A DNA stretch of 63,987 bases, filler included, from Basidiobolus ranarum (GCA_040143965.1; 4 parts of 4 records of this genome joined end to end with filler, not necessarily neighbours in it), one strand, 5' to 3'. Positions 1-13,747 are shown, counted from the first letter of the whole stretch. The notes: generated from the sequence alone by a model not told the origin. Numbers and translations: made by a program.

Positions 1-41
1 AGTGATACGGTTAATACGATAAATCCAAATAAATAGCTTCA

Positions 42-1511
42 TTATTGAGTGCAATTTACATTCTGCCCCTCCGTGTCATATTTAGATTTCAAAGGTACCA
101 CCGGGTACCCGAAGAATAGTTGCCCAAATGGTAAATTGAGTGGGGCTTCAGAGGGAGCTGCCGATTCCTCAGTCTTCGATTCATGACTAGAAGAGTTGAG
201 ATAAATGTTAAATATATGAATGATGTCAAAGTTAGTGACATATGCAGAGAGACGTACTTTACTGTCGTATCTAAACTTTTTCCATTTAAACGGCTTCCGT
301 TGCCTTTGAAAGCACTCCATTTACTTGGCGCTTCTTGGACCATTTCATCAATCTTTAGACTTTTGGCCTGCTGGATAGTTAGTACTCTATTTTCTTTAAG
401 GTAGTCGTTGGAAACTCTAGTTGGATTAAAGTTAACTTTACCATTGATGACGTGGGCGCTTGAATGGGTTTGGCCGGTTCTTTATAGCCGACTGGTGGAG
501 CGAAGTCGACCTAAAAAAAAGAGAGTATTATAAGTGATTACCATCAAGGAAGTGAATTGAATAAATTACCTCAAGGTCAGTCTCTACGATGGATACTCCT
601 TTTCCCTCTGGTTTAACCTCCATGACCAAGATTTCGTATAATTTATTGTTATAATTGATCATGATGATGTCCCCTTTGGTTAGAGTGGAGAAGTTTCGTA
701 GTGCATTTTCGAGGCTAAAAGAAATATGTTAAGTGAAATAACGGAACATATTAAAAGAACGACATGCATTGGTAAATGAAAATGGATACACAGCCTTCGG
801 ATCGGTAATATCTAAAAAGTCTACCGATTGCGGTTGAATCTTTACAAAACTACCAAGAGGCAACGTGATGTTTTTAACTTGAATTAAATCTCCTGGTTCT
901 AATAGAAGGGTTTGCATCATCTGAAGCCATAAAATAATTGTAAGCTATGTGGAATGGTCGAATTCAAACTGAAGTATATAATACCCAATGCGGAAGATAA
1001 ACTCTTCCTTCTTCTGCGATGAATTCCAAAACACCAGCATGCGTATGTCTTCCATGCATCTCGTTAGAAAGGGAGAATAGCATAGGGTAAGCGATGTTGA
1101 GACTTGCTAATGAGCGAAAGAATGGTCTAGTTAATATAATCCAGTAAAATCAACCAATAAACAAAATAATAAGAAATGTACCTAATTTCACTAAGGCCGA
1201 CTGTGGAAGTATAACTAAGTGAACGGTTTATATTAGTTTTCTATGTGTAAGTAATATCCCCTTGGACAATACTATCTACTAATCAAACATACTCTTTCCA
1301 CCAAAGTTTACATTTTCTCTTTCATTTCCAGGCAACATTGAAACTGGATAACATCGATAATGCTCTATAAAAGTTCGATTGGCTCCCATTGGAGTACCAA
1401 ACTGAGGAAACCCATCGTAATCGTATCCACCGAACTAGAAAAAAGTGAAAAGATTAAAATTTGCTTCTTTTAGAGATATAGTTGCAATACAAGAAGGGGG
1501 ATAAATACCAT
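42..1511 (-). CDS. UFD1: Ubiquitin fusion degradation protein 1 (Cdc48 cofactor), multi-exon
   Basis: ATG at 1511 is followed by a GT intron. Spliced exons read [100 protein letters not shown] and FKGNGSRL (SHP-box-like). The 3' end is uncertain and may splice beyond the window. Confidence 0.93.
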
Positions 1512-2464
1512 TTGTGTATGCTTGTTATTATTAAGAGAAGGTTGCTGCAATAGGAGAAAAGGTAAGAGTTTACCAAGTGGTTTAGAAGATACAATTTACA
1601 AAGCTAGCTCATCTTTAGTCATTCAAATGATAGATGCTATCGATTCATAATTGATACGTCAGACAGAAGCAAATGAGGATCCAACTCCTATAATGATTGG
1701 TCCAAATAAGCCTATGAAGTTCACTAGTCCTATGTTTGAAATGAGCTTCGATTATAATATGAAACATTATCAATTAATTTCCCATTTTATAAATACATTT
1801 TCTTACAGCGGTTCTTAACATGAGAATTAGTAACCAAGATATTAAGGTGAGATGCGCAGTATCGATTCTCCTCTTTAAATATTCGATATTATATGAATTA
1901 TTTGCAAGAGAATCTTAAAGTTTGAAGCTGAAGCCGCGTTTTTAGAGTTCATCGCAAGAGCTACGAATAGTAAGATCGTTTTCCAGATGGACTTGCATTT
2001 ATATTTTGCTTACCGTCATCTACAGCAGAGGAAAAGAATGTGACATTCATTGGAAGAATTTTGTATTTTTATTCTTTTTGATATGTTCTGATCAAACGTT
2101 TCGACCATAAAGGTAAAAATATCAGCAAAATGATTTCGCAATCGCATGAAATCATTCCGTCATTGAAAGTTGATATTTGATATGTAAGAGTTAAAAGGAG
2201 CCTGTGAAATATGAAAAGCGTCTAAAATAAAATACTAGAGTGAATGGAAATACTGGTAGCACTTGAAACCTCCAATACACCACACGAAGAAAGACCTAAA
2301 GATAAGGGTTAGGCTTGTAAAGAAAGCAACAGAGGATTGAGAGGAGGGGATTCACGAAAGTAGGATGGTTTTATGTCTTTGGATCATGAGTAATAGAAAT
2401 GCAAATGGCACTTGTGAAGTACGCGAAGGAAGGTTTGTCTCACTAACAATTTTGATGTGTGCAA

Positions 2465-4809
2465 TCATGATTTGATCATGCTAGATCTACCGTAGAAGAA
2501 CAAGTAGGGCAAGCGCTCTGGATGTTCACTGACTACTTCCGACACAGGAATACGTGTAATATTGACATCATCTATGTGCAACCATTCACCATTTTGTCGA
2601 AGAACATCACACGTGTAGTGGCCACCTGCAGCAAGTTTGCCATGGTGATAGACAACTGTGAACGTGCCATTTTAGTGAATGTCATCAGTAAGAATTTGTA
2701 ATTTGTTGACTGTTACCTCCTAATAGCTTGTATAGAATCGGCTTGGTGCCTTTTGAGGGAGCCATGATTTCTATATGATAATGAATACGTCAAATAACAA
2801 AGTTACGAAAGTCAGCCATCTAGAATACTACGTTACCTGAGGGGATCCTAAGATCAATGGAATATTCAATATGTTTATGAACCTTCTGAATGCCACCAAC
2901 ACTGTCATACTCGAACCGTTTGAGATGAAGAATCAACACTGGAGGAAGAGTTTCAATGAATGTCTGCCTTGTTGCTTCAACCTGTTGGATATGATGATTA
3001 GATGGTTTTCTAACGACACGAGAAATGGTCTATACCACACCTGAATGCCCTGGGTGGTAGTAAATCCATCGATAGTATCAAGCTTGGCTACGTTCAATAA
3101 AGCATCTTCAATGGTATAAACCTCGCTAGGCTGAATGATGATACGAAATAGAGTGTTAGTGTTCATTCATAAATAGGCAGCACACCTTTGATTTCCCTAC
3201 CGCAATATCCAGTTGAAGCGCTTGAAAAGGTTCAAGAGTGACTGAGTCCTTGGAGCCGGGAGTTCTTAGAACCGAACGAACTTGACCACCAAAGATTTTT
3301 TTAATTGGAGTCTCCATAACTTCAGTCTAGATATGGCAGATATTACTTAGTAACATAATATCTAATGTAATGGTTCAATTTGAATGCATACAGCTCGAGT
3401 GACTGAGGTTCTATTTCGAGGCCCCACTTCCATCCATTCACGCCCTTCCTCTAAACCATTGGCTGCTTCATGAATGGGTAGTTCAGTGATTTCTTCAGGG
3501 TCGACGGTTTTGGGAAGAACTATATCAAAATGAAAAGCGTTAACTTTCAAAGAGAAAAGCAATCCGTATGATAATCTTCGTACTTGACATGAATTCTTCG
3601 TGAAGACCGTCAAGAAGGAAGCCTAGAAATTCCTCCGCGTCCTCTTGTCTTCCCTGTAAGTAAATTCGCAGTAATTAGAAAGTTGAATTATAATCGAAGT
3701 ATGTTCAACCTACTCTCATAGAATTGAAGCGCTTAAGTCCACGGAGAGCATCATATACATATTCAGGAACAAATGCATCTTCATATTCAATGATCCCTGG
3801 GATGTGAAGAATATGTGTGAGCAGTGGTATGGTAGAGAGGGTTATTTTCAAGCAAACCTTGTTTCTCAACATCAGGGCCCTCTTTGAATTCGTTGACAAA
3901 CATAACTCTACGTAGTGTTGGTTAAGTAGAGTAATAACAAGGAAATACGAATGAGACTTACAATGAATCAATCAGAGGGGTTTTACTTTTGAAATCATGA
4001 GCAACGTTCTTGCTGACTTCTTTAACGAGAGAATAAAAAGGTGAAATATGTGCCAAAGGTTGCAAGATCTGAGTTGATGAAAAATATCATGAATTTTGAT
4101 GTGGGAATATATGCTCGTATAAATAAGAAAATACATACCGCATTCATAAAGCACATATTGCCGTTGTTTACTAAACCTCTGGGTTGAATAAGAACTCCAT
4201 CAAATGAAACTGTGTAATTATGAAGGATGTCTAGGTATTACAAAATTAGCCTTGAGTTAAATCAAGAAATTTATAGATGGCTGTGTACTATTGATTCCTT
4301 GGAAGGCGGAATTCCCGTTAGTTTTCGGCGCTTTTAGAATATCTTTTGTAATGGTCGATTGCTTAGAAGAGTTGTGATCGGCTACAATCCCAACTTGGGA
4401 ATTGGTAATTGTCGAGGTGGCTTTAGCTTGATTTTTATTTTTTACCAAGTCGGCCCAGCTTTTGGCTGCCGCTTTAGTGGTTGGTAGCGTTGTATCGGCA
4501 ACAGGAGAATCAACGGGGATAGGTGTAAGGTGATTAGTAGTAGTATTGCTATCTTGCGGAAAGGCTGCCCAAAGGGAGTAAGAATATAATTTAATAGATG
4601 CTAGACGATCAGATTCGCATATAAAACACCTACATAAAGATTTCTTGATGTTCCAAGGTAGCTATTACGTGAAAAGTTAAGAATCAGCTAACATAATAGA
4701 GTGAGTATAGCTCAACGAAATACTGTACCGAGAAAGTGACATAGTGCTCAACAATCTTGTTGATTTCTTCGCGGCTTAAGTCGCCAAGCGCGTATTGAGG
4801 CTGCACCAT
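2465..4809 (-). CDS. UBP3: Ubiquitin-specific protease, Ubp3/USP10 family, multi-exon
   Basis: Cys box [17 protein letters not shown] (~4140-4190), [31 protein letters not shown] and His box [16 protein letters not shown]...WLHIDD. Ends [15 protein letters not shown] at 2465. The start may include a tiny upstream exon. Confidence 0.88.
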
Positions 4810-6465
4810 CTACAAAAAATAAAATGGAATGGGGATGCAGGATAAATTGTAGATTAGTATAGAGAATCTAAGATTAGTAGAGTTGCTAAAATAATCACAA
4901 TTTGCATTGGTTGGAGGTTCCAGAAGGTAACTAGGAAGCGAAGGAAAACAAGAAGTCTACCAAATGAAATGTAATGAAAACGTAGTAAAATGCAGGTGAG
5001 TTAGAGTGCGTTATGCAACATGCTCTTATAGAGATTGAGATAACTATGTGATATGAGTTTAAACTAAAGTGTTAGGAAAATCCGATGGGTCGTATTGAAT
5101 GAGTCTCTACACTATTGTAGACAATATTTTCGTTAGGTCAAAAAAGTAACAAACTAGGAGTGCAGCAAATCCAAAGCAAAATGATCAGCTAAAGTGTGGG
5201 TGAATTAATGGAATTAGATATTGCGTACTAAAGAATTTGCTAGTGTGGATGAGATGAAAATTGATGGGCGTCAGTTCAAATCAGATATTTCCTTTTTTTA
5301 CCAAAAATAGCCTCCATTATAGCTCACGATGCCATCAAGCCAGGTTAGAGCCACTACTAATAAGCGCGTCCCCCTGATTGGAATCTAGGTCAGAGACTGC
5401 TAGGACATGATGACAATAAAGGACTAGTATTAGCTATGTACGTAGCACAGAGCATGATTGCCTCATGAGTACATAGGTGTTGAAGCATTGTCACATATTG
5501 TTGCTAAATCTAGTATTTAGTGAGGTTTGCTCGGTAGAAGCAAATTATGAATAATAATAGACTTGATCACCGAGTGACGTCAGCAATTCACTTGAGATGC
5601 CTTGAAATCCCTCCACAACATTACCAGTGTCCACTGCAAGAGAGTTTGCAGGTTATTTGATGCTTGCTTCTATAACGGGCTACAGTACCAGCCTCTATTA
5701 AAATCCATCTCACATATCCGTAGAAACTCAGAAATCCATATATAACTCGTCTTTACAATATTTCTGTCTTCAGAGGCCATTTTTGGTGTTAATCATGGTA
5801 GCAGTTAGATATTCCTACGCAGGGCTTGATTAGATCTTACAGCTCAATGTGATTAAGAAATAAAGAACTTGATGTTTGCTTCTCTTACTCATCAAAGTAA
5901 GGGTAGTTGTGCAGGGCTGGATGAGTTATGTGCTTATTAAGCAAAAGTTCTTTTACATAGGATCATGACAATAGCACTCATGAACTTAGATTTATGCATC
6001 ATGTTATGACTTTACAATAATTCATCCAGATTTTCCCAACATAAAAATCGTTGAGAATTAGTTTCTGACTGGATCTCAAATATTTATTGAACTGCTTAAA
6101 ATTTGTGTCAAGTGTGATTTTAAACACATACATCAACATACATGCGTATATGGAAACTAACAGCGTACCTTCTTAATGAACGAAAGGTTCAAGAATGATA
6201 AAAACAAGAGATTAAAATAAGCATTGCTATGAATGTTTTACTCATTGGTTTAGTCAAATATAAGAAAGGGAATTCATTAAAGTCTCATTTACGTCTTTAA
6301 TAGACATTTTGAAGACATGATAATATTTAAGTAAGAAAGTGTATCATTAAGCAAAGGTTTTTTTAAAAAGTGTTAAGGGTTTGAGGAGGAATCTTGGTTA
6401 TGTTGATGTTTTGTTGTTCCATTTCATCATATTCTGCATTATAACTGAGCGGCGAAGTAAGTCGA

Positions 6466-6678
6466 TTACTCGCGACGCTTCTTTTCTTCTTCCAAGGCAC
6501 TCTTCAAGAATGGCGCGCCTTGTTCACACTCAGAAAACCCTGGAGCACCAGCTATACATTCATCTACAGAATTGAAAATAGGTATCCTACCACCTTCATA
6601 ATTAACATATTTATTCCCAGAATCATCAACTTCAATGAGGCCTGGATAATTTTCCGGTGTGAATTCACTTCCTGGCAT
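6466..6678 (-). CDS. Small hypothetical protein (70 aa)
   Basis: ATG-initiated, intronless ORF with a protein-like composition and two Cys, preceded by a pyrimidine-rich leader. No recognisable family. Confidence 0.4.
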   Translation of the reverse strand: MPGSEFTPENYPGLIEVDDSGNKYVNYEGGRIPIFNSVDECIAGAPGFSECEQGAPFLKSALEEEKKRRE

Positions 6679-8343
6679 ACTGTCAGCTCAAAATACTGGT
6701 GCAAATGAGTAAAGAATGAATTGTTGTGAAGAGTATTTCAGAAAGTACTTGGTGTAGTTTGAGAAGTATATTCTGTATCTTGATCTTAGGTTAATATAGA
6801 GAATACGGATAATGTTCTGCGATAGAATTGCATTGGGTGGAAAGTGTGACCTCACATACTATTGAAGTTCAACGATTAAACGTAATTAAATCAAATTCAT
6901 AAAAGTAGAGTTGCATTCCAATCTGAAATCTTCTATACCCCTTTATTTTACTCTAACGGATATAATACAGGATGAGAATGGGTGTTGATGGTAGATATTC
7001 GAACAGATAGATTGTAGCGATAAGATAGAGTAAGCAGGTGTAAATCACAACTCACTATGGCTGTGTGTGATAATTTGTAGGGCTCTTCGGAGCTGAATAC
7101 TCACAACCATAAGCCTGTGTTATCCGGCTTTGCACATGCAATCTACGGATATATTTTTCAATTGTTATGGCATCAATTGGAGGCACTAGGTATTGGAAGT
7201 TGACCTGTCACAATATGATACTTCTGTCTCAGAATTATGGTTATTATTGCAGTTTGGTATGGAAAGTCTACGAAGATGGACAACTCAATTGAGAAATGTG
7301 CTAGATAAACTTGTCTTTTAACAATGAAACCGCCCAAGGAAAATCCTACAGTTGGCTTAATGCAACCATCATAGAGGAGCCTATACTATTAAAGCAGTTG
7401 CAGTATCCGAGTGACTTAATCGAATTGACAAGCAGGCTGGTTTACCAGAATCATAGTTATCTATATATCCATGTAGGAATTACATACTCTAGTGACCAAT
7501 ACATATATAACGAAACCATGCTTTCGAAACCACAATGACCCAAAGCAAATAGCCTCGGCAGCTATAAGCAGAGCAAAAAAATTATACTCGACTGGAAAGA
7601 GGTGTCGTCTGTGTTATTCGATATTTACATTATTAGACTAGTTCTACTGGTTGGCGCCAATATTGGCGAATACACAATACTTATACAGATACGTATCGAG
7701 ATGAAGATCTACTACGGTTGATTAAGTCTACAGTATCTTTTGAATCTTTATTCGCAAGTAGAAACCACAGATACCTGTTTGAAAAGCAAGTGAACATTTA
7801 AGAACGATATAAACATCAAATGAGATAGTATGTTCCAAACATCAGATTCCAGATCTAGTGGCTATCGGAGCGAGAGAACAGTCATATTTAAGGTGAGTTG
7901 ATATTGCTCTTTTCGATATAATTCTATCCGATATCTGACTGAAGGTTTATAGAATATGTGATATATTGCGTGACCCTAACCCTAACTACCATAGTTGAAA
8001 TACACCTCTGTCTCAACATTAGATAGCCACTCTCAACATCACCAGGCAGCAATCAGCTCAACTGATGATGAATTCTCTCATGTCACAACAATAAATACAA
8101 CAATTTCAGATCTCCATTAAAAGTCACAGGTTATTTAATATGTGGCTAATTCCGGTCATTTACTATAGCCCTAATTTAACAGTTGCTTGCTAAACTATAT
8201 CCTTATTTATACTTCTCACCCCTCTTTATATCGGTGCCACCACTCTCTTTTTGGTTGTTGATTGTATCTTCCTTCAAAGTAGATTCAAAACTTCAGCTAA
8301 CCGTTTCTTTTACATATATTTGTCCTCTCTAAGTGTATCAAGA

Positions 8344-9211
8344 ATGAATCCTGAGTAGTAAGTGGATTTTAATCTTTACTTTTAATTCCAATCACCGTTG
8401 CTGCTCATTTCTGTCTAACTTGTATTTTATAGCGACTATCTCTTTAAGCTTCTACTTATCGGTGACTCTGGAGTTGGTAAATCTTGCCTTCTACTTCGTT
8501 TTGCAGATGATACCTATACGGAAAGTTACATAAGTACGATTGGAGTGGATTTCGTAAGTATTGACAGCTAGGGAAGCAAGATATGTACATCTCCTAATTT
8601 TATGTCATAGAAAATTCGTACTGTCGAGTTGGAAGGAAAAACTGTCAAGCTTCAAATTGTAAGTTGAGAATTATTGTCGAAACAAGTCACGAGTTATACT
8701 AAATATCATTATTAATTCAAGTGGGATACTGCTGGTCAAGAGCGTTTCCGTACCATCACTTCATCTTATTACCGTGGAGCGCATGGAATTATCGTTGTGT
8801 ATGATGTTACGGACCAAGATACTTTCACTAACGTTAAACAATGGCTACAGGAGATCGAGCGTTATGCCTCGGAGGGAGTGAACAAACTTCTTATTGGTAA
8901 TAAGAATGACTTAACCTCAAAAAAAGTGGTAGATCACGCTGTTGCTGAGGTAAGTTGCACTAGGGTTGAACGATGAAAAACCATCTACAATGAAATTTAT
9001 TTACTTGTAGGAATTTGCAAACCAAACAAGTCTTCCTTTCTTAGAAACTTCAGCTAAAGATTCTACAAATGTTGAACAAGCTTTCTTAACCATGGCTAAG
9101 CAAATCAAAGATCGTATGGGAACCAACACCATGGCCACGGCCAGCAAACAGAACATCAAGATTGGTCAAGGCAGCTCAGTTCCTGAACAGTCTAGCAGTG
9201 GTTGTTGCTAA
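8344..9211 (+). CDS. YPT1: Rab1/Ypt1 small GTPase, 5 exons
   Basis: Spliced [76 protein letters not shown] and the C-terminal GCC* prenylation motif. Confidence 0.97.
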
Positions 9212-10331
9212 GTTAGCTGTTTACCTCTTTCTATCTTACTAAATTCGTAAATATTTGTCCTCCAAATTTATCCCAAACTACACCATCCTGGCTTCCATAG
9301 CAGTAATTTGTTTACGTTTTTTTAGGCAAATGATATTCAAACATCCTATGTTCGAACACAAATGGTATATGAACACTTCATTTGAAATGTTTCTTTCCTT
9401 TAGTTAGGTTTCATAAAGTATCTTGAATACAAATTAGCAGATGACATAGGCTTTCTTTATTGTTTTCTCGTGACAAGTTTGAAGAGTAAGCGGCGGAACT
9501 GGTCAGGGCACTATATAAAGCTACGTGGTAAGCTACCGTCGAGCAATATGTCAAACTTAGATAATAAGATAATGCTAGCGTACCATGCTACCAAAGCGAG
9601 TATACCTAGCACGAATTGACTTGGTTGATATAGTAGCGAAAAATCGCATAAATTCTCAAACTACTCTTTACAGATATCGAAAAATTAAGAAAGCAGTCAT
9701 ATTCGGTGCTAACCAGAGACTTGGTTACAAAATCACTAATTACCTGATATCTTCAGGCATTTGCTGTAATGACTTTTTGCACAGAATGTCTCTTTTGTTA
9801 GTCATCTATTGACATTTTGCTTAACAAAGAAGATCTCTCATCAACCCTCTAATTACCATTACTATGCTACTGATCATTCTGCCCAGTAACACCATCACGA
9901 TCGTATGCTTTGGCAAACACTTAAAGGCCTGTTTGAAGATAAGGCTTTGGAGATTAGCCATGAGATGTTGGCATTTAATATCACCAAACATCATAGCCAT
10001 TCACTTCTATCAACTTTATCTGGTTCTCGTGTGCAGTACACCTTCTATAGTTTTCATATTACTAACGTCTGATCATACTGATGGAGATCTAAAAATTGTT
10101 TAATGTCCTATCTTACAATACCCCCATCGATAATTATCCGAATTATTAGCACAACCTTGAGATACTAAGAATGTTTAGCCTACCGAGCTCTGTGTGTTGA
10201 TGTTGGCCTTTGGAATAGTGGCAAAATCATTGAAAAATAGACTAGGAGTACTGAATTTGCCACCTTTAGTGCGTCACAGGATCATTCGTTTTTTACTATT
10301 CCTTTTGTCTATCTTAATCTGAAGAAGTAGA

Positions 10332-11780
10332 TCACCACAGAGGAATGCTTCGGGGGAAGTTGAATACATTCGTAGGGTCATACTTGTTTTTGATTTTCAC
10401 AAGCTTGTTATAACTATCGCCGTAGTACATCTTTTTCCAATCTTTCTCATCACTATCAATATAATTCTGATAGGCCTCAGGGAAGGATGGTCGCAGAAGT
10501 GTATATATCTCCTGAACCCAGGGGAGGCTCTTTTGATTAAAAACCCCCATTTGAACGCTACAAATGGTGTTACGATGTATAAAGGAGGTATCCTTTGAAG
10601 TACTCTCGCTAATCTTTCCACCCTGCATGTCGAACATCAATAACACATGACCATTAACTTTACTCATAATCTCGTAGATCTTATCAGCGACCTCCTCAGC
10701 CACTGGCTCTACTAAATACCCAGATTTAGCTTTGAAATAAAACTTGTCAGACCTTCGTTGAGTTTTAGCTAAATCATCCATCACCTTCGGACGTCCACCA
10801 TTGAAGGACACATAAGACTCTGGCATATTCATTAATTGATTGGTCATGATGGAGGTTTTAGGGAGCTTTTGAACCATCTCATCAAATAGCTGACGCTGTT
10901 GTTGAAGATCATCCGTCAGGATCGTCCCTGCCAAACGCATTTTGCCACCAGGATATATATTAAAGATAGCTGTAATCTCATTAGGCGGACTCGACGCGTA
11001 CCATCGTTGTACGCCCAGCAAAATCTCACTGAAGTTACTAGAACCAGCGGGATACGTGAAAGAGAACACCGGAAATTTCTTAGGGGCATAGAAATAACGG
11101 AAGTGGAACTTGGTAACAATACCATATGAGCTATGACCAGCACCTAATAAAGCCCAGAATAAGTCACTATTTTCCTCTTTACTGGCAGTCACGACATCGC
11201 CAGCAGCTGTGACAACCTCCATGGATTCTACCGTGTCCGCCATTAGTCCATGAAGACGGCCATACAAGCCATAACCTCCTCCTAAAGTATGGCCACCTAC
11301 TCCAATTCTAGGGTCACTACCAATAGGAAGAGCCACACCACGTTCTTTCCACAAGAAATGCAAAAGTCTACCTACCAGCTGACCGGATTCAACGGAAACA
11401 GTGCTGTTGTTATTGTCAAACTTAGTTTCATGCATGTTGACAAGGTCAATAATCATTTTTCCATCTTCGCCTCCAAGACCGTAGCCCTCATAATCGTGAC
11501 CACCACTACGAGCAACAACATCTAGACTATGCATATTAGCACATTTCACAGCCTGTACCACATCCGCTGTACTTCTTGCCTGGATTATTACAGCAGGTGA
11601 AACCTCAGGGAGCCTATCATTCCAATTATACTTTGCTCGATCATATCCAGTTTGCCCAGGAAGGAATACATCTTCCTGAGGCAACTCCATCAAACACTTC
11701 CCAACCTGATGGTGAAGAGGAAATTGAGCTAGAGAGCCCACAGCCGATAGAATGAGCAACAAAGCATTAGGTGTCCTCAT
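10332..11780 (-). CDS. Secreted FAD-linked oxidase, berberine bridge enzyme-like (VAO/PCMH superfamily), intronless
   Basis: Likely start is MRTPNALLLILSAVGSLAQ (signal peptide), with a TATA-like element ~70 nt upstream. Motifs RSGGHDYEG, GGHTLGGGYG, DLFWALLGAG and the BBE C-terminus YQNYID...YYGDSYNKLVKIKNKYDPTNVF are present. Confidence 0.93.
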   Translation of the reverse strand: MRTPNALLLILSAVGSLAQFPLHHQVGKCLMELPQEDVFLPGQTGYDRAKYNWNDRLPEVSPAVIIQARSTADVVQAVKCANMHSLDVVARSGGHDYEGYGLGGEDGKMIIDLVNMHETKFDNNNSTVSVESGQLVGRLLHFLWKERGVALPIGSDPRIGVGGHTLGGGYGLYGRLHGLMADTVESMEVVTAAGDVVTASKEENSDLFWALLGAGHSSYGIVTKFHFRYFYAPKKFPVFSFTYPAGSSNFSEILLGVQRWYASSPPNEITAIFNIYPGGKMRLAGTILTDDLQQQRQLFDEMVQKLPKTSIMTNQLMNMPESYVSFNGGRPKVMDDLAKTQRRSDKFYFKAKSGYLVEPVAEEVADKIYEIMSKVNGHVLLMFDMQGGKISESTSKDTSFIHRNTICSVQMGVFNQKSLPWVQEIYTLLRPSFPEAYQNYIDSDEKDWKKMYYGDSYNKLVKIKNKYDPTNVFNFPRSIPLW

Positions 11781-13747
11781 GTTGCAACAACTATCAAACA
11801 AGCTCGATGCCTGTATGGATATTGCCAACGATGGGACCATGCCCTCTTTATATACTCCGCAGATTACCCAAACTTGGTTTAGAAGAGGTTTGATGAAAAT
11901 CGTTTGATTCATAGTAGTTTGAGTACCACACCATATAAAAAAGCTTGGGTTGAGATAGGATCGATTTGAAAAGGTTTTGGATCAAATTAGAGAAGGTTTG
12001 GTTTGGAACACATTCGATTTGAAAAACTCCCATTATTTTCTATACGACAGTTGTTTCATTTCTCTAAATTGTTTTATACATGGCTACCATGCGTTTGCAA
12101 GTTGAATATTTATTAATATTCTAGGCCTTGCAGCGTATAGTCAACTCAAGTCATCTAACCCCAAGTCTTGAAAAATCAGGTTTGACATTGAACTCTTATT
12201 TCATTCATATCTATACTCCACTGAGGATTTCAAGCACTGACATCAACTTTCCTTGGATTTGCAAGGGGTCAATTGTATGATAGTAGCTGACCTCTACCAT
12301 CATGACTAGTGTAGCGACATCTTGGTCTAACACTCTGCTTGTTCACATATTTTCTACATCACCTGTTAAGATAATTGTATCAAATGACAAGTCGTTTTTC
12401 TTATTATGTTGATTTATTTCTCACAAGGTAATCAAGAAACTGTAAGTATAGTGCCCATTTTTGGAGGAAAATTAAGAGAAGGACGAAAACTGAGACTTTC
12501 ACATGCCCAAAATACCTTTAATTGAAAAGTTAAACAGTAGCAAAGTCCAATGTAAACTCTATACCAACCCACCTTAGAACCTTTAAAAATTATATTGTCA
12601 ATCAGGAAACAACCTATGAAAATCATCTATATATTCTGATCAGAGAATAGGGTACAACGGCCCAATACGGATACGAGAAAATGTGGCATATTAACATGCA
12701 GTTGTCGTTAATTTCCTGTTTGCAGATACCAAGCTACTAGAAGCCTATCGTGTAACTGCTACAAATTCTTTCTGATATTAGACCATACAACGTATGTCGT
12801 CTACTTCAGCACCAACCATCATATATGGCTAAACCCCAGAGTTACATTGTTACATTCAAAGGTTCTCTATGTTTTAGTTAGCCAATCATGGTATTCTGGA
12901 TCAATGTGTTATTCAAACCACGAGTAAGAGAAAGATAATACCTCCTCTAACCAACTCTAGCTTGTTTTATATTCCGACGTAGTACACTTCGAGTGGCTCT
13001 ACCAGCTAAGATAATGAGATAATCGAGACAATACAAGGGGACACTTCCCTCTGATCTAGACATGATGGATCATGGATGACTAGCGATTTTGGTTCAAGAC
13101 GAGGCCTGGATGGTAAATCTAATGAGTTTCATTTCGAGGATTAGATGCAACTCAGTCGAATTCTCATAATAGTATATTCATAGGATCCGTTGAGCCCATA
13201 GACTTCCGTATTCAATATAGTATGTAGTTTACGCACAGAGAGTATATTGCTAATAGGTGACTACCCTGAATGAACACACGTGAAACTGGATGTATCTCTT
13301 TCCAGCTTGATAGCCAGTAGATGCCAAGGGAAAACAAGTGAAACCTGATGTCTATGACCTACGGCAATATTTCCATAACGGCAGTACCCAGCACCTCATA
13401 CCTAGTGTAGTTAGTGTAAGTTAAACTGTTGTGAAACCATTAGGAACACAACGTTTAGGTGGCTTTCCATTGCATATCGTTCATTCCATTAGTAAACAAT
13501 ACTTGTATCACATCACACAAACCGTTGATTCGTATCATCTCTCACGCATGTGCTAGGTTTGTATAGATTACAGCGATAGAAGCAGGGTAATCCCGATGTG
13601 AACTTGAGGTTGAACCATGAATGGACCATTTATTTGAATGTTATTCACTGTACATGTAATGAGAGAAGTCGGTAGTTTACAAAATGTCATTGAATAGCAG
13701 AATGAGTACAAAGGTTAGGGTGTTATATATTTGCTTTACATGCGTAT

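Noticed and set aside
7081-7640. Protein-like fragments (ORF 7311-7538; KIILDWKEVSSVLF)
   Set aside because: Possibly a decayed gene, but too little signal to assign.
11781-11912. N-terminal extension of the oxidase ORF
   Set aside because: It spans the TATA-like element, and the downstream ATG gives a clean signal peptide.
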